Assembly: GCA_951406725.2 (NCBI GenBank)
Contig: OX597818.1
Span: 101,122,001-101,186,000, forward strand
DNA length: 64,000 nucleotides
DNA from: Octopus vulgaris
Lineage: Eukaryota
Reading direction: 5' to 3'
Made by a program: the position numbers and the translations under genes. The number at the start of each line of letters is the position of its first letter. The first letter of the stretch is position 1. A model generated the notes under the pieces. The model searched no databases and was not told the DNA's origin. It saw only the letters and a program-made list of their open reading frames with translations. Below are positions 46,023-59,800 of the stretch, piece by piece.

Positions 46023-46117
46023 CCCTTTCTTTCCTGATGAGAAGATTGCATCTTGCACCGTTTATTCCTTTGGAATAAAACCATGTTGACTTCGAAACAT
46101 ATGTCGAGAGTAAAGGG
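46023..46117 (+). ncRNA. Type I hammerhead ribozyme (right arm)
   Basis: cccttt-ctttc-CTGATGA-gaag...cttc-GAAA-catat-GTC-gagag-t-aaaggg. Palindromic stem III ACATATGT, long stem II with inner hairpin TTTATTCC/GGAATAAA, cleavage after 46105. Confidence 0.85.
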
Positions 46118-46310
46118 ATTTTGTTAACATGTTCGTTCAACTCCATTTATTTATTTATTCGTATATAACACACAAATTTCTGCACATGAACCCAGATTTT
46201 CTACCCTTGGACAGGTTGCTTCAACCGTGTTTCTGACGTGAATTTGCTACCCTCTTATCGGTTCATCGAATTTTCAATGTTGACAATAACATAGGATAAT
46301 TCATTCACCT

Positions 46311-46352
<42 letters not shown>

Positions 46353-46353
46353 C

Positions 46354-46426
46354 ACGGTTACTGATGAGGATACGCCTAGCAAAATATTTTATTTGCTAAA
46401 ATAATCTGAAACCTAAGTATGACCGT
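46354..46426 (+). ncRNA. Type I hammerhead ribozyme (different family)
   Basis: acggtta-CTGATGA-ggat...atct-GAAA-cctaa-GTA-tgaccgt. 7-bp stem I, near-palindromic stem III, cleavage after 46419. Confidence 0.8.
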
Positions 46427-46569
46427 AATAACAAGATAAAAGTTATATTTTTCATTCCCTTTAAAAATTTCTCTTGAAAAGTAGTTTTGGTCGTTTTGAC
46501 TGCTTCTTCTAGCCTGTAAAAATGCCTATTAGGGGTAGTTTTCTCTTGTGTTTAAATGAACACTATTAA

Positions 46570-46631
<62 letters not shown>

Positions 46632-46692
46632 TATATAGAAGGAGCTTCTACAGGACTAGAACTGTTTCATTCATTAACCCCGAATCAACCCG

Positions 46693-46798
<106 letters not shown>

Positions 46799-47149
46799 TA
46801 GCAATATAGGGTTCTATCTTTACCCTCATTCACAATTAGTGACGACTGAATTTTTTCTGTTTGGTTTGTATATTGCATCCGTTTATTGATATGCATAATT
46901 TGTATATACACATATATATGCGTATGAGCGTGTGCTCGCACAAACACATATAATTGCATACCTATCTGCTTCTATATGTATATGTATGCATGTATATATA
47001 TGAATATATAAATTTAAATATCAATTTCTGTATATGTTTTTTTTATGTAACCTTATAACATAAATACACAAATGGTTAATAACTTTTGTACCTTAAAAAC
47101 ATAGTTTTTGTTTGACGATAATAGTATAGTTTAAACAACGTCGGTCTGT

Positions 47150-47700
47150 GGAACATGTTAGTTTAACTTGGCTTTATACAGTTTATCTTAAATTAACATT
47201 TTCAATTGATTGAATCTTAAGTTGTAGAGCAATCAGTGGTGGTGAGGTGTTATGTACAAGTGTATTGATCAAATTTGTGGTTATGTTACAGTTCAGAATT
47301 TTGTAATCATGTATGTTAATCAAGCTAATCAGCTGCAGGTCATGAGAGTGCTTTCAGGGTTTCTCAAAGATACGTAAATAGGTGGGTGGGATTATTTGGT
47401 CTGGTAACGTATCAGTTGCTATTCATTTTATGTGGATACTAATGACAGATTAAAATTTTGATTTGATAATCTGATGTTTAATGTTCTGAGTTCAGTAAAC
47501 CAGTTACACTATTTCAATCAGGGGTATACTCATTTAGGACATGACGTTTTAAAGGATTCAATAAAGAATGCAGGTAGATGATATGTTTATTTCGTCAGGA
47601 AATTACTGAATTCAACTATTTTGTCTGGGAAGGGGAAGGTTTTCACCATATGGTGGACTGCTGCTATTACTACAGAAATTTGGTCTCCTACTGCTATAAC
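47150..47700 (-). pseudogene. Very decayed PLE RT/thumb fragment
   Basis: TFPFPDKIVE (cf. LPFLDIMV) and ELRTLNIRLSNQNF align loosely with the 55257 ORF. Confidence 0.35.
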
Positions 47701-49617
47701 CTACACAAATGGATGTAGTTAGATACAAAATTTAGGTGGTGAACATATTACTCTTTATGTATTAAGTGTTCTAGAATTTACTTTATCACTGTGGATTTAG
47801 AAATTTTAAACTTTATCTTGTGTGGCGAGTATTTTATACTATATTATATTGTGATTTATGAACTTATGCAAATACAGGTATTATAAAATATAAAATATAT
47901 CTAGAGAATTAAGAATAAAAAAGCATGTGTATGCATTGTATATATATATGTATATATGTGTATGCCTGTGTGTGTTTATACATACATAAATAAATAAATA
48001 AATATATATATATATATATATATATCTGTTGATGTGTATACCTGTGTATGTATTTGTGTTCTCTCCATATATTTGTATTTCTATTAATTTAGAAACATCT
48101 GTTTTGTTCAGGACCGTTTTGTTTAGGAACAGATAGAATAAAATAATGAATGCCTTGCATACAGTTGAAAATTTCAAAAACAGATGCTAATATGACAACA
48201 AGAAAAATATTGAAACGGTAAAACAGTAAAGAAAGTGCGAAGCGAGCATATTACTTGCACTACGAGCATTAAATTCGTTAATGGAAAACATAGGTATAAA
48301 CATTCAAGTACATTAATCACAATTTATAAAATTGCATTACTCAAAATCACACAAAATGCATTGTGTACCTTAAACATAGTCAATTGTAGATGAGATAAAA
48401 TATACATCACAAGTATCGTTAATGTCAATTGCTTTCACAAATTGCGCCCAAATTCGATGCACGTTAAATTCACTTACCTATAACATAAAACGATAATGAT
48501 GGCCGAATCCATATGCATTAGTTAAATATGTACGAATTTTGAACAACCGAATGATATATTTATTATCACATGCAATTTAATTATTTGATGAATTCACCTT
48601 CTGCTGAAAATCTAAAATGTTTATTTCGTTGCATATATCAATAAGGGATAGAAACTTTATATGCACATGGCATGGTTACACACTTAAACTAAGGAATATC
48701 AATGTGTTTTCACGTGATATAGTGATATGGTTATAGAAAGTATATGACTCAATAACGAAGTGTTGAAGATAAGAAAACGTAAAGAAAATAAATTAACTAA
48801 GATGGTAGCATCATAAAATGAATAGGATGCGGTTTCTTAAAGAAATTGCAAGAATTATAATATGGAATAATCCAAATATATTCACAAAGTTCAAGTATGA
48901 TTTATTTTAAAATGCTCACCACAAGGATGTAGTTTCCTTTCAAGTGACAGGTAACGATCAACATCTCAATAAAGAATCTCGATAAAATTGTTTTGTCTCA
49001 TAATGTTTTCCCCCTAAATTAAAGATTTAGTGCATAGAAGCATAACGAATACTGCAAATATGTGCACTAGATTTCATTCCTGGAGTAAGAATTTACTATA
49101 ATGCACTACTCCAACAGACTGCTAAGCGGTTCGTTCTAAAACAAAATGAAGCTCAAAACGTGACTCCATAAATTCTGTGCAAGATCCAAAGAGTTCTGCT
49201 GTGACTGCATTGACGATATTGTGGAACATTATCTCAACGTTGTATTCTAATAGAGAAGAATTTTTTTGGCTGATTTCTGATAAAAATAAGTATAAATATA
49301 AACGGTAGAAAAGGAAAAAATGTATATGACAACCAAAATGAAGCCTTCCGTTAAACGATTATGCTTGTGGTATTATGAATGAACGATTAAATAGACAAAA
49401 GGATGTGCATGTTTTACATACACAGAAAAGTTTACAAAGAATAGAAAAGTAAATATATATTGAAACGTTAAAACATTTTTATTAATTTATAGATTAGGAA
49501 TACAGACTACATTAAATATATAGGACTTCATTGATATATATATATATATATATTAGAACTTAAGCAAAAATAGTTCATACATGCGTACAAATATATGTGT
49601 GGGCGAGTGTGTTGTGT

Positions 49618-49699
49618 GCTCAGCTGGTAGTGCATCAGACTTTTATAGTTATATACATGACGTAATCTGAGGATCACGTGTTCAAGTCCCTCTGCGGGA
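49618..49699 (+). pseudogene. tRNA-Lys(TTT) pseudogene with a 19-nt insert at the canonical 37/38 intron site
   Basis: GCTCAGCTGGTAGTGCATCAGACTTTTA[19 nt]ATCTGAGG..GTTCAAGTCCCT..CGGG resembles the metazoan tRNA-Lys(UUU) sequence. The 5' acceptor strand is missing and the D and T stems have mismatches. Confidence 0.65.
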
Positions 49700-49709
49700 G
49701 TAATAATAT

Positions 49710-49875
49710 AGGTGAAGGCGTGAATATGTAGTAATTAAATAGCTTGCGAGCTACATAGTAGTTACGGGTTGAGTGCCACTGCGTTGCTGCTTGGGCATAT
49801 GTCATCTACTATAGTCTCGAGCCGACCAAAGGCTTGTGAGTGGATTTCATAGATGCAAACTGAAAGAAGCCCGTC

Positions 49876-49958
<83 letters not shown>

Positions 49959-50157
49959 TGCATGTGTATGTGTGTGTGTGTGTTTGTCTCCCACCCATCA
50001 CTTGACAACCGATGCTAGTGTCCTTACGTCCCTGCAAACTAGCGGCTCGGCAAAAGAGATCCCGGTAGAATAAGTTCTGGACTCGATTTGTTCAACTAAA
50101 GGCGGTGCTCCTCATGGCCACACTCAAGTGAATGAAACAAATAAAAGAATTAAAGAA
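49710..50157 (+). mobile_element. SINE family A (diverged)
   Basis: Family body with internal (TA)n(TG)n. Confidence 0.8.
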
Positions 50158-50820
50158 TACATGAATACACACACACACACTTGTACACACACGCACACAC
50201 TTGTACACACACGCACACACACACATATATTTAGGTTAGTAAATAACGAACTCTGTTATTGTTTATCTGAATTAGGAGAGTCGAGATATTGTTTATATTA
50301 AAAGTAACAACGGTCACATACAATGTTTCAAAAGTGGTGAAACATGTGATAAAATAAATATAAATGTGTCATTTAACTGAATAGTGTTAATAATCTCATT
50401 GGCTTACAGCGTGAGTTATTGAATAGCATCAGTAAGTGAGTCAGTTCAACGTTTGTTTGGAGATACAGTAGACATTTTGAATATATTGGAGTAATATACA
50501 TTATTTGGACAACAACAATAATTTACTTGGAAGTAATTATTACATTAATGCGATATTCTAACAAATATTTGTCTATGAAGAGTAATTACACAGTTTATAT
50601 TGTAAATGCATCTTCATACCATTACGTTTAGAAAAGAGATTCTTTCATTGTATATATTTATGATCGTTTTACGTTTATAGAATATAAGATGGCAAATATA
50701 TATATGTATATGTATGTGTGTGTAATTTAAAGATAGGATAAAATCTTCATAAGAATTTATCAAGTAGTTTGCGTGAAAACCTCATAAGAGAAAAAAATTC
50801 AACAATTTTTTCACTTATAT

Positions 50821-51320
<500 letters not shown>

Positions 51321-51359
51321 CATGCATATATGTATACATGTGTGCGCATGTGTATTAAG

Positions 51360-51890
51360 ATCTAAACTCATGCTAATAGTTCTAATGCAGCCAGTTTTGG
51401 CCCTAGCTATGTCTAAGTTATTAGCACCACCTGTCGGGGTCATTCAAATCAGAAAGCGGATAACGTGGCCCACTCGAGGAGAAAGTTATTGGTAACGGAG
51501 ACATATCCGTGTGTAGGAGTTTTATCCGGAATTTCTCGAAGGAATTTCTCCAAAATCGTCTTTAATTTTATTGGGTCTGTTCCTGCTTTAATGGGTTTTG
51601 GTGTAATATTAAGGAGAGCAAGGCCAATTGAGGCGAAATATTCGTGCCGTATCGTTGTTATGCGGTACAGGTGTGATCTATGTTGTGGCCGGAGAGTACT
51701 GGACCCGAGTCTTGGGTGTTTATTAAAGGTGATGCCAACATAATTGGTTCAATGCTGATGGAATATGTTCCACATCATGCGGATGAGGTTGCGCTCACGT
51801 TGAAGTTGGTGTGTATAAAGCTTGTGCATTTCGGATAGTTGCAGTCTACTCAACTAACAAAGATCAGTAGTACCTGTTATTGAAAGTGCC
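51360..51890 (-). mobile_element. CR1/L2-type LINE 3' end, decayed
   Basis: Minus strand: [59 protein letters not shown]. Confidence 0.65.
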
Positions 51891-52248
51891 AGCCTTGTCA
51901 CCTTTTTTTACACTTTAAATCAGCTTCACAACTACGTTAAGAGCACGCTTATATGTCGCCTGCAAAGGCGCTTGCAAGTGAATTTTACGACTGTTCTCTT
52001 GATCTGATCAAGCGGAATCCTCGATGTCTTAGACGATGGAGTGCTATTTTCATGCTGGTATATGATGTGTGTAATTGTGTGCGTGTGGTAAAGTTAAGAC
52101 ATAAGAAGAAGCTGGCTGCCAAGAAATCCCTTTTAAAGTCATGCGGAAAACTAACGTGTCAGTTTAAAATCTTCATCTGTCAGATTAAGTTTGAAGCTCT
52201 TTCACGTGCTACTAAAACATCAATAAGTTGGAAGAATATTGATATATC

Positions 52249-52510
52249 TGTGGAGGCGCGTGGCTTAGTGGTTAGGGTATCAGCATCATGATTGTATGAT
52301 TGCGGTTTCGATTCCTGGACAGGGTTACGTGTTGTGTTCTTGAGCAAAACTCTTCATTTCAGGTTGCTCCAGTCCACTCAGCTGACAAAAATGAGTAACG
52401 CTGCGATGGACAGGCGTCCCGTCCAGCTGGGGAACAATTACGATATTGAAACCGGGAAAGAGGGCCCATGAGCCTCACTAGGCATTACAAATTGCGCATT
52501 TATTTATTTT
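52249..52510 (+). mobile_element. tRNA-derived SINE family D
   Basis: GTGGAGGCGCGTGGCTTAGTGGTTAGGG..GGTTTCGATTCC head related to family C. Central CTGCGATGGACAGGCGTCCCGTCCAG (V/Meta-domain-like). (ATTT)n tail. Confidence 0.75.
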
Positions 52511-53591
52511 GTATTGATATATTCAGTAACGAAGAGGGAAATGAATATTATACCTTGTATTATGAAATTACTCCTTTATGTATTTATAACATAATTACCT
52601 CGATTTATTTGACACTGAAAAAAAAAAACGAAATATTTAAAGCTCGTGATGTTTGATAACACCTGGTCGAGTAGCGTTGGTGTCGTGACGGCGTTAATGT
52701 TCTTTCTGTATATGGGAGTCATTGTCAGAGCTAAGCTTAAATATCCTCGTATATTAAAGCCGCTAAAGTGCGGTTCAAGATATAACATATAATTATAATT
52801 TGTGGGGTTGTTAAAATGTGTGCCTCCAATTTGGTATGAGTAAAAGAAAGCACACAAAATGGTTTGTTTTCTGTTGCCCTAATTCATTTAATATTTGCGC
52901 CATACCTTATGGATTTAGGCTGCATTGAATTTAATATAAGCGAATAATCAAAAGTAGTAGCTCCTAAAGAAAGAAAAGAAGCATTTTTGATGGAAATATT
53001 TGTTTGTGTGGCGAGAGTTGTGCTGAGACATTTATCACTTCTGGCATATAAATTTTAACCCGCATTGAATTAGTAACAAATTAAACAATAACGTTGACAT
53101 ACTGTATTTGTAATTAATGTGATTTCCATGATGAATATGAAAATAATGTGGTTGGAAGAGTTATGAGGCAAAACACGTCTAGCGGTTATGTTAGACACGT
53201 TGCTTAAATGGAATTCACCGCAAGCCAAACGAGTATTGGTTATCAGAATAAAGTGTTTTTTTTCTCTTTTTTTTGCAATAACAATATCACGACATTAACC
53301 TCTTAGTGAAATGCATCACAGTAGAATATCGGACTAATTAACTGTAAGTTCTTTGCGCTCATAGAGATGGAATTTGTTACGTATTATGATGGGTGTTTTG
53401 ATGCGTTAAATTGGCATTGTTATTCATATAGTGTGATTTTTAAAATTCATTTAGGCATCATTTGGATTTCTGTAACTGATACCGTCTTTTAGACTCTAGC
53501 ATTAATTTAAACCATTCCGTAGTAGTATGTATTTAAAAGCCAAACATATAAATTTAACATCAATATATAATGAGCAGGGGTCTCTCTGTGG

Positions 53592-54000
53592 AGGCGCTGG
53601 TATATCTTCGCGGCAAGAAGCTTTCTTCTGAACCACATGGTTCCGCGTTCAGTCTCAGTGTGTGACATCTTAGATTAGTGTATTCTAGTATATCCTCGAG
53701 GTGAGCACAGCCTTGTGAATGGAGTTCGCTGACGAAAACTAAAAAGAGCCTGACATATGTGCCTGCGTGCGCACGAGTCTGTGTGTCTTATTTTGTCTCC
53801 AATCACCGCTTGACAACTGGTGTTGGCGTATTTATGTACACGTAATTTAACTTGGTGGTTCGGCATAAGGGAACGATATAAAAAGTACTAAGCTTAACAA
53901 AAATAAGTGCTAGTATCGATTTGTTGGACTAAAAACTTTCCACTCAGTGCCCCAGCATGGCCGCTGTCTAATGACTGAAACGAAGTAAAGATAAAAGAGA
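53592..54000 (+). mobile_element. SINE family A (old copy)
   Basis: Diverged body, CCAGCATGGCCGC..AATGACTGAAAC tail. Confidence 0.7.
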
Positions 54001-54106
54001 AAAGCTATAGTCTCAAAATATCTGCATTTCACATGTTAAAAATGCGTATGTATGAATATGTCATATATTAACACACACATAAAACACACAGACAGACAGA
54101 CACACA

Positions 54107-54152
<46 letters not shown>

Positions 54153-55222
54153 TATACAATGTATATGTAGAGGTGTCCCCATGTGTGTGGATGTTTGTGA
54201 ACAGAGTAAATCGACATATAAGATAAAATCTAAATAGTGTGATAGAAATTATCGTTATTTGTGCATGCGAGATATATATAGTTAATGAAAGAGTCAATAC
54301 GGTTAATTTGCTCACAATTCTACCTTCACTTGAAATGCAGGAAGATTTGAATATATTTTCAAAAAAATGAACGTTGTATTACTTGTCACCGGCATAATAC
54401 ATAAACACTAGTGTAAAATATATACAAGTATTCACTACGTTTTCATTTGTATAGATTTGTAGAATTATTCATTGAAACATTTCCATTTTTTTTCCCTTTC
54501 TGATATTTTCTATCTTTAACACAATTTAAAAACAACGAAAGGTTATTTTTTTTCTCCTCTTACAATTTCTATAACTCCTAAGAGTCATACACGTATTCAA
54601 TAGAGACGGTATAACTTTACAAGTAAATAAAAGAGAAAATGTGAAAAAAGAATATGGACGATTCAAGAAAGGCTGAAAAATAAATAAAACAAAGCGCCTG
54701 AACTTGTTTCATTTTCAAAATGATTTCTAGACTTGAATAAATATCTTGTGAAAAGAAAAGAGAGAATAAATTACGTCAAAGTGAACATAAATCGCACAGG
54801 AAGAACGTGTACAGAGCAGAGAAACGAAATATTCTTGACAACACGTTACCAACAAATGAAACAGTATCACAAAACACGAATGTTAAAAAAAATGTGATAC
54901 TTTTTATTGATATGAAGCACAGTATACAAGAAAAAAATATGAATAATTTTCGCAAAAGCAAAACTGAGCAGATTGCCAGTTAAAAAATGTCTTTCGTGAA
55001 CATTTTATTCTTTTTCCATAGAAGTAAGTTGATAAGATATATTGCTATAAGAACTGTTTTTCTTGTTACTTTTATTATTATTAATATGCACCCGGGTACT
55101 CGTTGGCTTGGTTATTGCTATATATACAATTTTCTTTACGCAAATATATACTAAGATGTATGTTTATGCGTGCAAGCGCGCACACGCACACATGCACATA
55201 TATACACATATACACAAACACA

Positions 55223-55256
<34 letters not shown>

Positions 55257-55261
<5 letters not shown>

Positions 55262-56931
55262 CCAATTTTGAACCAAAACCCAGCAACTTCTACGGCTTAC
55301 CAAAAATACACAAATCAAAAAACATTCAACAGGCAGTAAAAGAACAAGAAAGTGAGTACATAAAATTATTACATCCAAAAGACCTAAAACTTAGACCTAT
55401 TATAGCTGGTCCAGCATGCCCTACACACCGTCTAAGCAATTTTATTGACATTGTTTTGAAACCACTATGTACTTACATACCAAGTTTCATCAGGGATGAC
55501 ATCGACTTCCTGTCCCATCTTCCCAAAACAACAGAAACAAATTCAGTTTTACTAAGTTTTGATGTGGTAAGCCTCTACACCAATATTCCACACGATTTAG
55601 GAATAAAGGCGATTAAATACTGGTTAGAAAAACATAGAGAAGTGATTCACAGCAGATTCACAGTGCCATTTATATTAGACACAGTCAAACTTATTCTAGA
55701 AAATAACACATTCTTCTTCAATGGAAAGAATTACATCCAAATTAGAGGCACGGCGATGGGAACGAGGTTTGCTCCCGTTTACGCCAACTCTGTAATGGGA
55801 TACTTAGAAGAACAACTCTACCAAGAGGTGGAGGTAAACTATGGCACTGGATTTAGAAAGTATATTGAAAAGGCATGGAAGAGATACCTAGACGACTGTT
55901 TCATAATCTGGACAGAATCTCTAAATACTCTGGAAGAGTTCAATATCCTCCTGAACAACCTACACCCATCTCTCAAATTTACAAAGGAGATGAGTAGTAC
56001 CAAATTACCATTCCTGGATATAATGGTAATTAAAAAAGACACCACCATCACCACAGATATATACTATAAACACACAGACACACATCAATACCTAAATTTT
56101 AAGTCGTGCCATCCACCACATACAAAACGTAACATCCCATACTGCCTAGCCAGAAGAATTTGTACTATTGTAGAAGATGCAAATATCAGGAACAAACGCC
56201 TAATAGAACTAAGAGAATTTTTGCTCAAACAAAAATACCCATCTCTACTTATAGAAAATGGCATACAGCGGGCTATAAAAATACCTATACAACAACTTAG
56301 GACAACCCAAGGAAGAGGAAAACAAGAACAAGTCATACCATTCATAGTGACACACAACCCATGTCACCAGAATATCTTCAACATTGCCAAAGCAAACCTA
56401 CCAATCATTGCCCAAAGTAATGAATTAAAAGACATAATCAAGGATCGAGCTATGGTGCTTAGTAAAAGACAGCCTAAAAACTTGAAAACATTACTAACAA
56501 AGGCAAAAATTGACCTCAGCAACAAAGACCAAACATTCACGGTATCTAAATGCAATGATAGCCGATGTGGCACATGCCAATTCATACATACCGGTCAATA
56601 TATAAACACAAAAACCGGGAAAATATTCACAAACGCGAATATGAACTGCAAAAGCAGAAATTTAATTTACTGCATCAAATGCCCAAATTGTGAAGAAATA
56701 TATGTAGGTCAGACGGGAAACGCACTATTAGAACGCTCACGTGTACACCGGCAACAGATTAGAGACCCAGAGGTCCGTCAGATACCTTTGAGTAACCACC
56801 TAGCAACATGTGGTCGGAAAATATATATAATATTTCCATTCTACAAATTACACAGCCCAAGTGAAATCGAGAGGAAAATCAGAGAAAAGAATTTTATTGA
56901 TAAATTCGAACCCAAGCTAAATAAGCAATAA
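55257..56931 (+). CDS. PLE reverse transcriptase-GIY-YIG endonuclease ORF, 5'-truncated (no genuine start)
   Basis: FYGLPKIHK, LRPII, SFDVVSLYTNIP, GTAMGTRFAP, RYLDD, LPFLD, YYKHT..YL..SCHP, CNDSRCGTC knuckle, LIYCIKC..C..IYVGQT, R..H, E..FI..F.P.LN. About 557 codons with no stop. Confidence 0.95.
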
Positions 56932-57244
56932 TAATAATACTTAGAGGTATTACTTCAACTGCTACGACCATGACCACTAACAACAACAACAATACTAAAG
57001 GTGATCAAGACGAAGATAGCAGGAAAATTATCTTATTTAGGGTTAAAAGTTCTATTGCCACCACCATCACCACTAGCAACAATAATTAAGGTGCTGACAA
57101 TGATGATGATGACAATTGAAATATAAAAATATAAAAATCTCTGACAAAGGATATTTACAACATTTGTAAAAATAACCCAACAATTGCTGCTTCGGCCAGG
57201 GTCAAGATACAGGACTCTTGACCTGTCCAACAAAGCGTGATGCC

Positions 57245-57390
57245 TAAACCAATCAGCTCAACCAACCAATCAGCTTAAGTAATTGAGTGATACTACACAC
57301 TGATTGGTCAGAATACAGTTTGCAAAACCTAGCACTCTGGAGCCTACCCAGCTGTATTTATAGCACAGAATCACTCATCTTGCTACAGTC
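57245..57390 (+). promoter_or_regulatory. Putative Pol II promoter in the pseudo-LTR
   Basis: ACCAATCAGC twice, an inverted CTGATTGG, TATTTATA at 57355, and an Inr-like ACAGTC ~31 bp downstream. Confidence 0.5.
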
Positions 57391-57425
57391 AAAAATTGTG
57401 AAGCATGACTGTCAACACTACTACA

Positions 57426-57470
57426 TGAACCCGAAGATTGCAAAATTCAATGCATGAAAGTACTAGTTCA
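57426..57470 (+). ncRNA. Minimal type I hammerhead variant in the PLE pseudo-LTR
   Basis: tgaac-CCGAAGA-ttgca[aaattcaa]tgcat-GAAA-gta-CTA-gttca. Stem III palindrome AGTACT; U4 changed to C and a U-U first pair in stem II. Confidence 0.7.
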
Positions 57471-57597
57471 ATCAGAATGAATATTTAACATTCTACTATT
57501 TCATTTTATTTTATTCAATTATAATATATTATCTTATAATATATCATTATAAGATTGTAAATAAAACGTGAAAATCAGACAAGGTTGGAATTCTTTT

Positions 57598-57697
<100 letters not shown>

Positions 57698-59502
57698 GCA
57701 CACGCGCACACATTCACACACACACACACACATATATATGTATATATGTATTTGTATATATTCTTTGCATTGCTTCATTTTTTTCTGTATACTTCCACCA
57801 AGCATACCCACGCGCATGCTCCATTAGTACCCAGCATATATACACGTACGCATGCACGTGCAAGCACACACACACACACATACTCACACATATGCAGATG
57901 CATTTATCAGATATTTTTCGTACATTGCTCACAATTTTTGATCTGTTAGTATTACCAGTGTATGAAGTTGTGCTATGCTTTTCTAATATGGATATTTAAT
58001 ACGTTTACAGAGCATTTATCAGCATTTCTGATGGTTTTGCAGATTGGGTAAGAACAAAAATTAAAAGATAGATGTCATATGTATTGATTTGATAGGTTAG
58101 GGCTTGATTCAGATTCTAAGACTGGGAAATGTGAGGAAATTATATAATAAAGCGGATTCTTGTGCGGAAAGGGAATATATAATACATTTGCGAGTTAACT
58201 TTTCTATATACTTCGAAATAACAAGAAGGAATTATTCGAAAATAAAACACAAAAATAAAGATATTTTGGTTTTTATATAAAATCTATGGAGAAGGAACAG
58301 TTTTAGTGTTCGTATATCGTGAGCTGTGTACCAAATGCTTGCATGAAAGTGGCAATTTTCAATTCTAAGGAAGAAATCATTCACGTATTGTTTAGTGCAG
58401 CACTATGGATTTTTAAAGACATCATGTTTGAGAGGGATTTGAAGCTTGGCTGTAGGGATGGAAACTAAAATGAGGGGATTTCAAACATGTCGCTACTTCT
58501 GCTGAGTGGAGATATCATACTAGACAAAGAAGAATCTGAGATGTAGGGCCACGTCGGTGAGATGTAGAACGTGACGTGTCTGTGAATTATATATTTCATG
58601 CAGAACATTCATCTTTCTTCGAACACAGTATGTTATGCTTTTGAGCTGAACAACGTTGGAGAACAGGGTTGGGAATTTCGTTATTTGCCATGGTTTACTT
58701 GATATTTAGTATTTTTATGCAAGCATATGGATATGAAAATAAACGGATCACCATACAGACGGATAGGTACATTGGTTATAAGAAGAGATACGCACACACA
58801 CACAAATGATGGAGACTGAAACACATGATCATACACACACACACATACACTTTACTCCACACAAGGACACATATGGGAACACGGACCCACAAATATAGAG
58901 GTGCACATGCATACATACAAACATGGTACATAGTTGCAAAACACAAACACACATACACACACATACATGCACACACAAGGAGACAGCGGCGCATACATAC
59001 ACAAACATATGATCACACACACATACATAGAAAATACACAAACATGGACAAACAAACGCATGAATATGTAGGATACATAGATACAGATGCACATACATAC
59101 ATATACACATATGCATACATACATATATATATATATATATACATACATACACATGCATGGATGCATACACACGTACATGCATACACGCATGCATAGGCAC
59201 ACACACTGACCCACACACATGCACACAGACAAACAAAAAGGAACGCAGTGTAAATAACGGACAGAGTCAAGACTATTGAAAAGGTTGCAAGACGCAACGA
59301 AAATTTTAGGAAAATAAAAATATGAAATAAGTGGAAATTTTACCGGTGAGTGTATTACATTTTAAGGCACAAAGAGAAAATGATTCTCCCCAGACACAAT
59401 AAAATTTAATAGATACTTTTGCTTTAATATTTTTGAATTCTATGACGAAGGTGTAAATCTACGACGGAAAGCAGCAATAATAAAAATATATTATCATCTT
59501 AG

Positions 59503-59800
59503 ATAAGTGCATTCTACTATAGCCTCGAGCGGAGTAAGACTTTGTGAATGCAGTCCTCAGACACCAACTAAAAGAAGTCTGTCATTCGTGTGTGTGTGCG
59601 CGCGCACGATTTTGTGTCTTTTTTTGTCTCCAATCAACGCTTAACAAACGGTGTTGATGTATGTTCGGAATAAGGGACTAATAGAAAAAAGTACTAAGCT
59701 TAGCAAAATAAGTGCTAGTGTCGATTTGTTCGACTAAAACCCTTCCACTCGGTGCTCCAACATGGCTGCTGTTTAATGACTGAAATGAATTAAAGATACA
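59503..59800 (+). mobile_element. SINE family A (old copy, paralogous to 53592 including its flank)
   Basis: Shares diagnostic variants AAAATAAGTGCTAGT and CACTC(A/G)GTGC with 53592-54000. Confidence 0.65.

Larger units (their letters stand above)
45850..46160. repeat. 148-bp inverted repeat (2 mismatches, 15-nt spacer) of PLE pseudo-LTR sequence
   Basis: Arms 45850-45997 and 46013-46160 are reverse complements. Confidence 0.95.

Noticed and set aside
55063-55256. First ~65 codons of the 622-aa ORF
   Set aside because: In-frame read-through of flanking and microsatellite DNA, not part of the PLE protein.
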